From: Macrostomum lignano
Taxonomy: Eukaryota
NCBI GenBank assembly: GCA_002269645.1
Contig: NIVC01000438.1
Location: forward strand, 349,379 to 413,378
DNA: 64,000 bases
Reading direction: 5' to 3'
The notes under the pieces were generated by a model. The model was not told the DNA's origin and did no database searches. It saw nothing but the letters and a program-made list of their open reading frames with translations. Positions 60,690-64,000 of this stretch are shown piece after piece. Position 1 is the first letter of the stretch, and every line of letters begins with the position of its first letter. A program made the translations under genes and the position numbers.

Positions 60690-63600
60690 AGAGTCGTGTC
60701 TGAATCGCTGCATTTAGAGCCGTGTCTGAATCACCCCACTTAGAGTCGTGTCTGAATCGCTGCATTTAGAGCCGTGTCTGAATCACCCCACTTAGAGTCG
60801 TGTCTGAATCACCCCACTTAGAGTCGTGTCTGAATCGCTGCATTTAGAGCCGTGTCTGAATCACCCCACTTAGAGTCGTGTCTGAATCGCTGCATTTAGA
60901 GCCGTGTCTGAATCACCCCACTTAGAGTCGTGTCTGAATCGCTGCATTTAGAGCCGTGTCTGAATCACCCCACTTAGAGCCGTGTCTGAATCACCCCACT
61001 TAGAGTCGTGTCTGAATCGCTGCAGTTAGAGCCGTGTCTGAATCACCCCACTTAGAGTCGTGTCTGAATCACCCCACTTAGAGTCGTGTCTGAATCGCTG
61101 CATTTAGAGCCGTGTCTGAATCACCCCACTTAGAGTCGTGTCTGAATCGCTGCTTTAGAGCCGTGTCTGAATCACCCCACTTAGAGTCGTGTCTGAATCA
61201 CCCCACTTAGAGTCGTGTCTGAATCGCTGCATTTAGAGCCGTGTCTGAATCACCCCACTTAGAGTCGTGTCTGAATCGCTGCATTTAGAGCCGTGTCTGA
61301 ATCACCCCACTTAGAGTCGTGTCTGAATCGCTGCATTTAGAGCCGTGTCTGAATCACCCCACTTAGAGTCGTGTCTGAATCACCCCACTTAGAGTCGTGT
61401 CTAAATCACCCCACTTAGAGTCGTGTCTGAATCACCCCACTTAGAGTCGTGTCTGAATCGCTGCTTTAGAGCCGTGTCTGAATCACCCCACTTAGAGTCG
61501 TGTCTGAATCACCCCACTTAGAGCCGTGTCTGAATCACCCCACTTAGAGTCGTGTCTGAATCGCTGCATTTAGAGCCGTGTCTGAATCACCCCACTTAGA
61601 GTCGTGTCTGAATCGCTGCATTTAGAGTCGTGTCTGAATCACCCCACTTAGAGTCGTGTCTGAATCACCCCACTTAGAGTCGTGTCTGAATCACCCCACT
61701 TAGAGTCGTGTCTGAATCACCCCACTTAGAGTCGTGTCTGAATCACCCCACTTAGAGTCGTGTCTGAATCACCCCACTTAGAGTCGTGTCTGAATCACCA
61801 CATTTAGAGTCGTGTCTGAATCGCTGCATTTAGAGCCGTGTCTGAATCACCCCACTTAGAGTCGTGTCTTAATCACCCCACTTAGAGTCGTGTCTGAATC
61901 ACCCCACTTAGAGTCGTGTCTGAATCACCCCATTTAGAGTCGTGTCTGAATCGCTGCATTTAGAGTCGTGTCTGAATCACCCCACTTAGAGTCGTGTCTG
62001 AATCACCCCATTTAGAGTCGTGTCTGAATCGCCCCATTTAGAGTCGTGTCTGAATCACCCCATTTAGAGTCGTGTCTGAATCGCCCCATTTAGAGTCGTG
62101 TTTGAATCACCCCATTTAGAGTCGTGTCTGAATCACCCCATTTAGAGTCGTGTCTGAATCACTCCATTTAGAGTCGTGTCTGAATCACCCCATTTAGAGT
62201 CGTGTTTGAATCACCCCATTTAGAGTCGTGTCTGAATCACCCCATTTAGAGTCGTGTCTGAATCACCCCATTTAGAGTCGTGTCTGAATCGCCCCATTTA
62301 GAGTCGTGTCTGAATCACTGCATTTAGAGTCGTGTCTGAATCGCTGCATTTAGAGTCGTGTCTGAATCGCTGCATTTAGAGTCGTGTCTGAATCACCCCA
62401 TTTAGAGTCGTGTCTGAATCACCCCATTTAGAGTCGTGTCTGAATCACCCCATTTAGAGTCGTGTCTGAATCACCCCATTTAGAGTCGTGTCTGAATCAC
62501 CCCATTTAGAGTCGTGTCTGAATCGCCCCATTTAGAGTCGTGTCTGAATCGCTGCATTTAGAGTCGTGTCTGAATCGCTGCATTTAGAGTCGTGTCTGAA
62601 TCGCTGCATTTAGAGTCGTGTCTGAATCACCCCATTTAGAGTCGTGTCTGAATCACCCCATTTAGAGTCGTGTCTGAATCACCCCATTTAGAGTCGTGTC
62701 TGAATCACCCCATTTAGAGTCGTGTCTGAATCACCCCACTTAGACTCGTGTCTGAATCACCCCATTTAGAGTCGTGTCTGAATCACCCCATTTAGAGTCG
62801 TGTCTGAATCACCCCACTTAGAGTCGTGTCTGAATCACCCCATTTAGAGTCGTGTCTGAATCACCCCACTTAGAGTCGTGTCTGAATCACCCCACTTAGA
62901 GTCGTGTCTGAATCACCCCACTTAGAGTCGTGTCTGAATCACCCCATTTAGAGTCGTGTCTGAATCACCCCATTTAGAGTCGTGTCTGAATCACCCCACT
63001 TAGAGTCGTGTCTGAATCACCACATTTAGAGTTGTGTTTGAATCACCCCATTTAGACTCGTGTCTGAATCACCCCATTTAGGCTCGTGTCTGAATCACCC
63101 CATTTAGAGTCGTGTCTGAATCACCCCATTTAGAGTCGTGTCTGAATCACCCCACTTAGAGTCGTGTCTGAATCACCCCATTTAGAGTCGTGTCTGAATC
63201 ACCCCACTTAGAGTCGTGTCTGAATCACCCCACTTAGAGTCGTGTCTGAATCACCCCACTTAGAGTCGTGTCTGAATCACCCCATTTAGAGTCGTGTCTG
63301 AATCACCCCATTTAGAGTCGTGTCTGAATCACCCACTTAGAGTCGTGTCTGAATCACCCCATTTAGAGTCGTGTCTGAATCACCCCATTTAGAGTCGTGT
63401 CTGAATCACCACATTTAGAGTTGTGTCTGAATCACCCCACTTAGAGTCGTGTCTGAATCACCCCACTTAGAGTCGTGTCTGAATCACCCCACTTAGAGTC
63501 GTGTCTGAATCACCCCATTTAGAGTCGTGTCTGAATCACCCCATTTAGAGTCGTGTCTGAATCACCCCACTTAGAGTCGTGTCTGAATCACCCCATTTAG

Positions 63601-63950
63601 AGTCGTGTCTGAATCACCCCATTTAGAGTCGTGTCTGAATCACCACATTTAGAGTTGTGTCTGAATCACCCCATTTAGAGTCGTGTCTGAATCACCCCAC
63701 TTAGAGTCGTGTCTGAATCACCCCACTTAGAGTCGTGTCTGAATCACCCCACTTAGAGTCGTGTCTGAATCACCCCATTTAGAGTCGTGTCTGAATCACC
63801 CCATTTAGAGTCGTGTCTGAATCACCCCACTTAGAGTCGTGTCTGAATCACCACATTTAGAGTTGTGTTTGAATCACCCCATTTAGACTCGTGTCTGAAT
63901 CACCCCATTTAGGCTCGTGTCCGAATCACTCCGCCTAGAGTCGTGTCCAA
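60690..63950. repeat. 26-bp satellite array (~125 copies), variants ttagagtcgtgtctgaatcaccccac and ttagagccgtgtctgaatcgctgcat
   Basis: Continuous tandem array with no unique spacers. Confidence 0.95.
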
Positions 63951-64000
63951 ATCGCTTTATTCAGAGTCACGCGTGAATAGGCCTTCATCTTGAGTTGTGT

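Noticed and set aside
60690-63950. CRISPR-like array
   Set aside because: Units are contiguous with no unique spacers, there are no cas genes, and the context is eukaryotic.

Overview
Eukaryotic, intron-containing animal genomic DNA. The minisatellite-filled introns and polyQ-rich genes suggest a Macrostomum-like free-living flatworm, but that is inference only. From left to right the window holds: (1) a spliced family-X DNA polymerase of the Pol mu/TdT branch (+, 224-4306); (2) a single-exon PNRC-like decapping/nuclear-receptor coactivator (+, 7500-7922); (3) a ~17 kb tandem cluster (14.2-31.4 kb) of at least 11 units encoding a secreted signal peptide + PAN/apple-like + F-type (fucolectin) lectin protein, with 4 intact two-exon genes and 7 pseudogenes or fragments, near-identical scaffolds, hypervariable loops and patchwork similarity between copies; (4) a multi-exon minus-strand gene of unknown function (~32.5 kb to at least 39.8 kb) with one frame-symmetric exon flanked by inverted minisatellite arrays; (5) an intronless divergent class-A GPCR (+, 49597-51102); (6) an ACOT8/TesB-like thioesterase (-) whose missing second exon lies ~3 kb downstream of its own stop codon; (7) a 3.3 kb 26-bp satellite at the right edge. 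hAT MITEs, SINE-like retroposons and about 20 minisatellite arrays are interspersed. The best candidate for an undescribed system is the diversifying PAN-F-lectin array, possibly together with the neighbouring TdT-like polymerase; that link is speculative. All translations and splice phases were worked out by hand and no database searches were possible.
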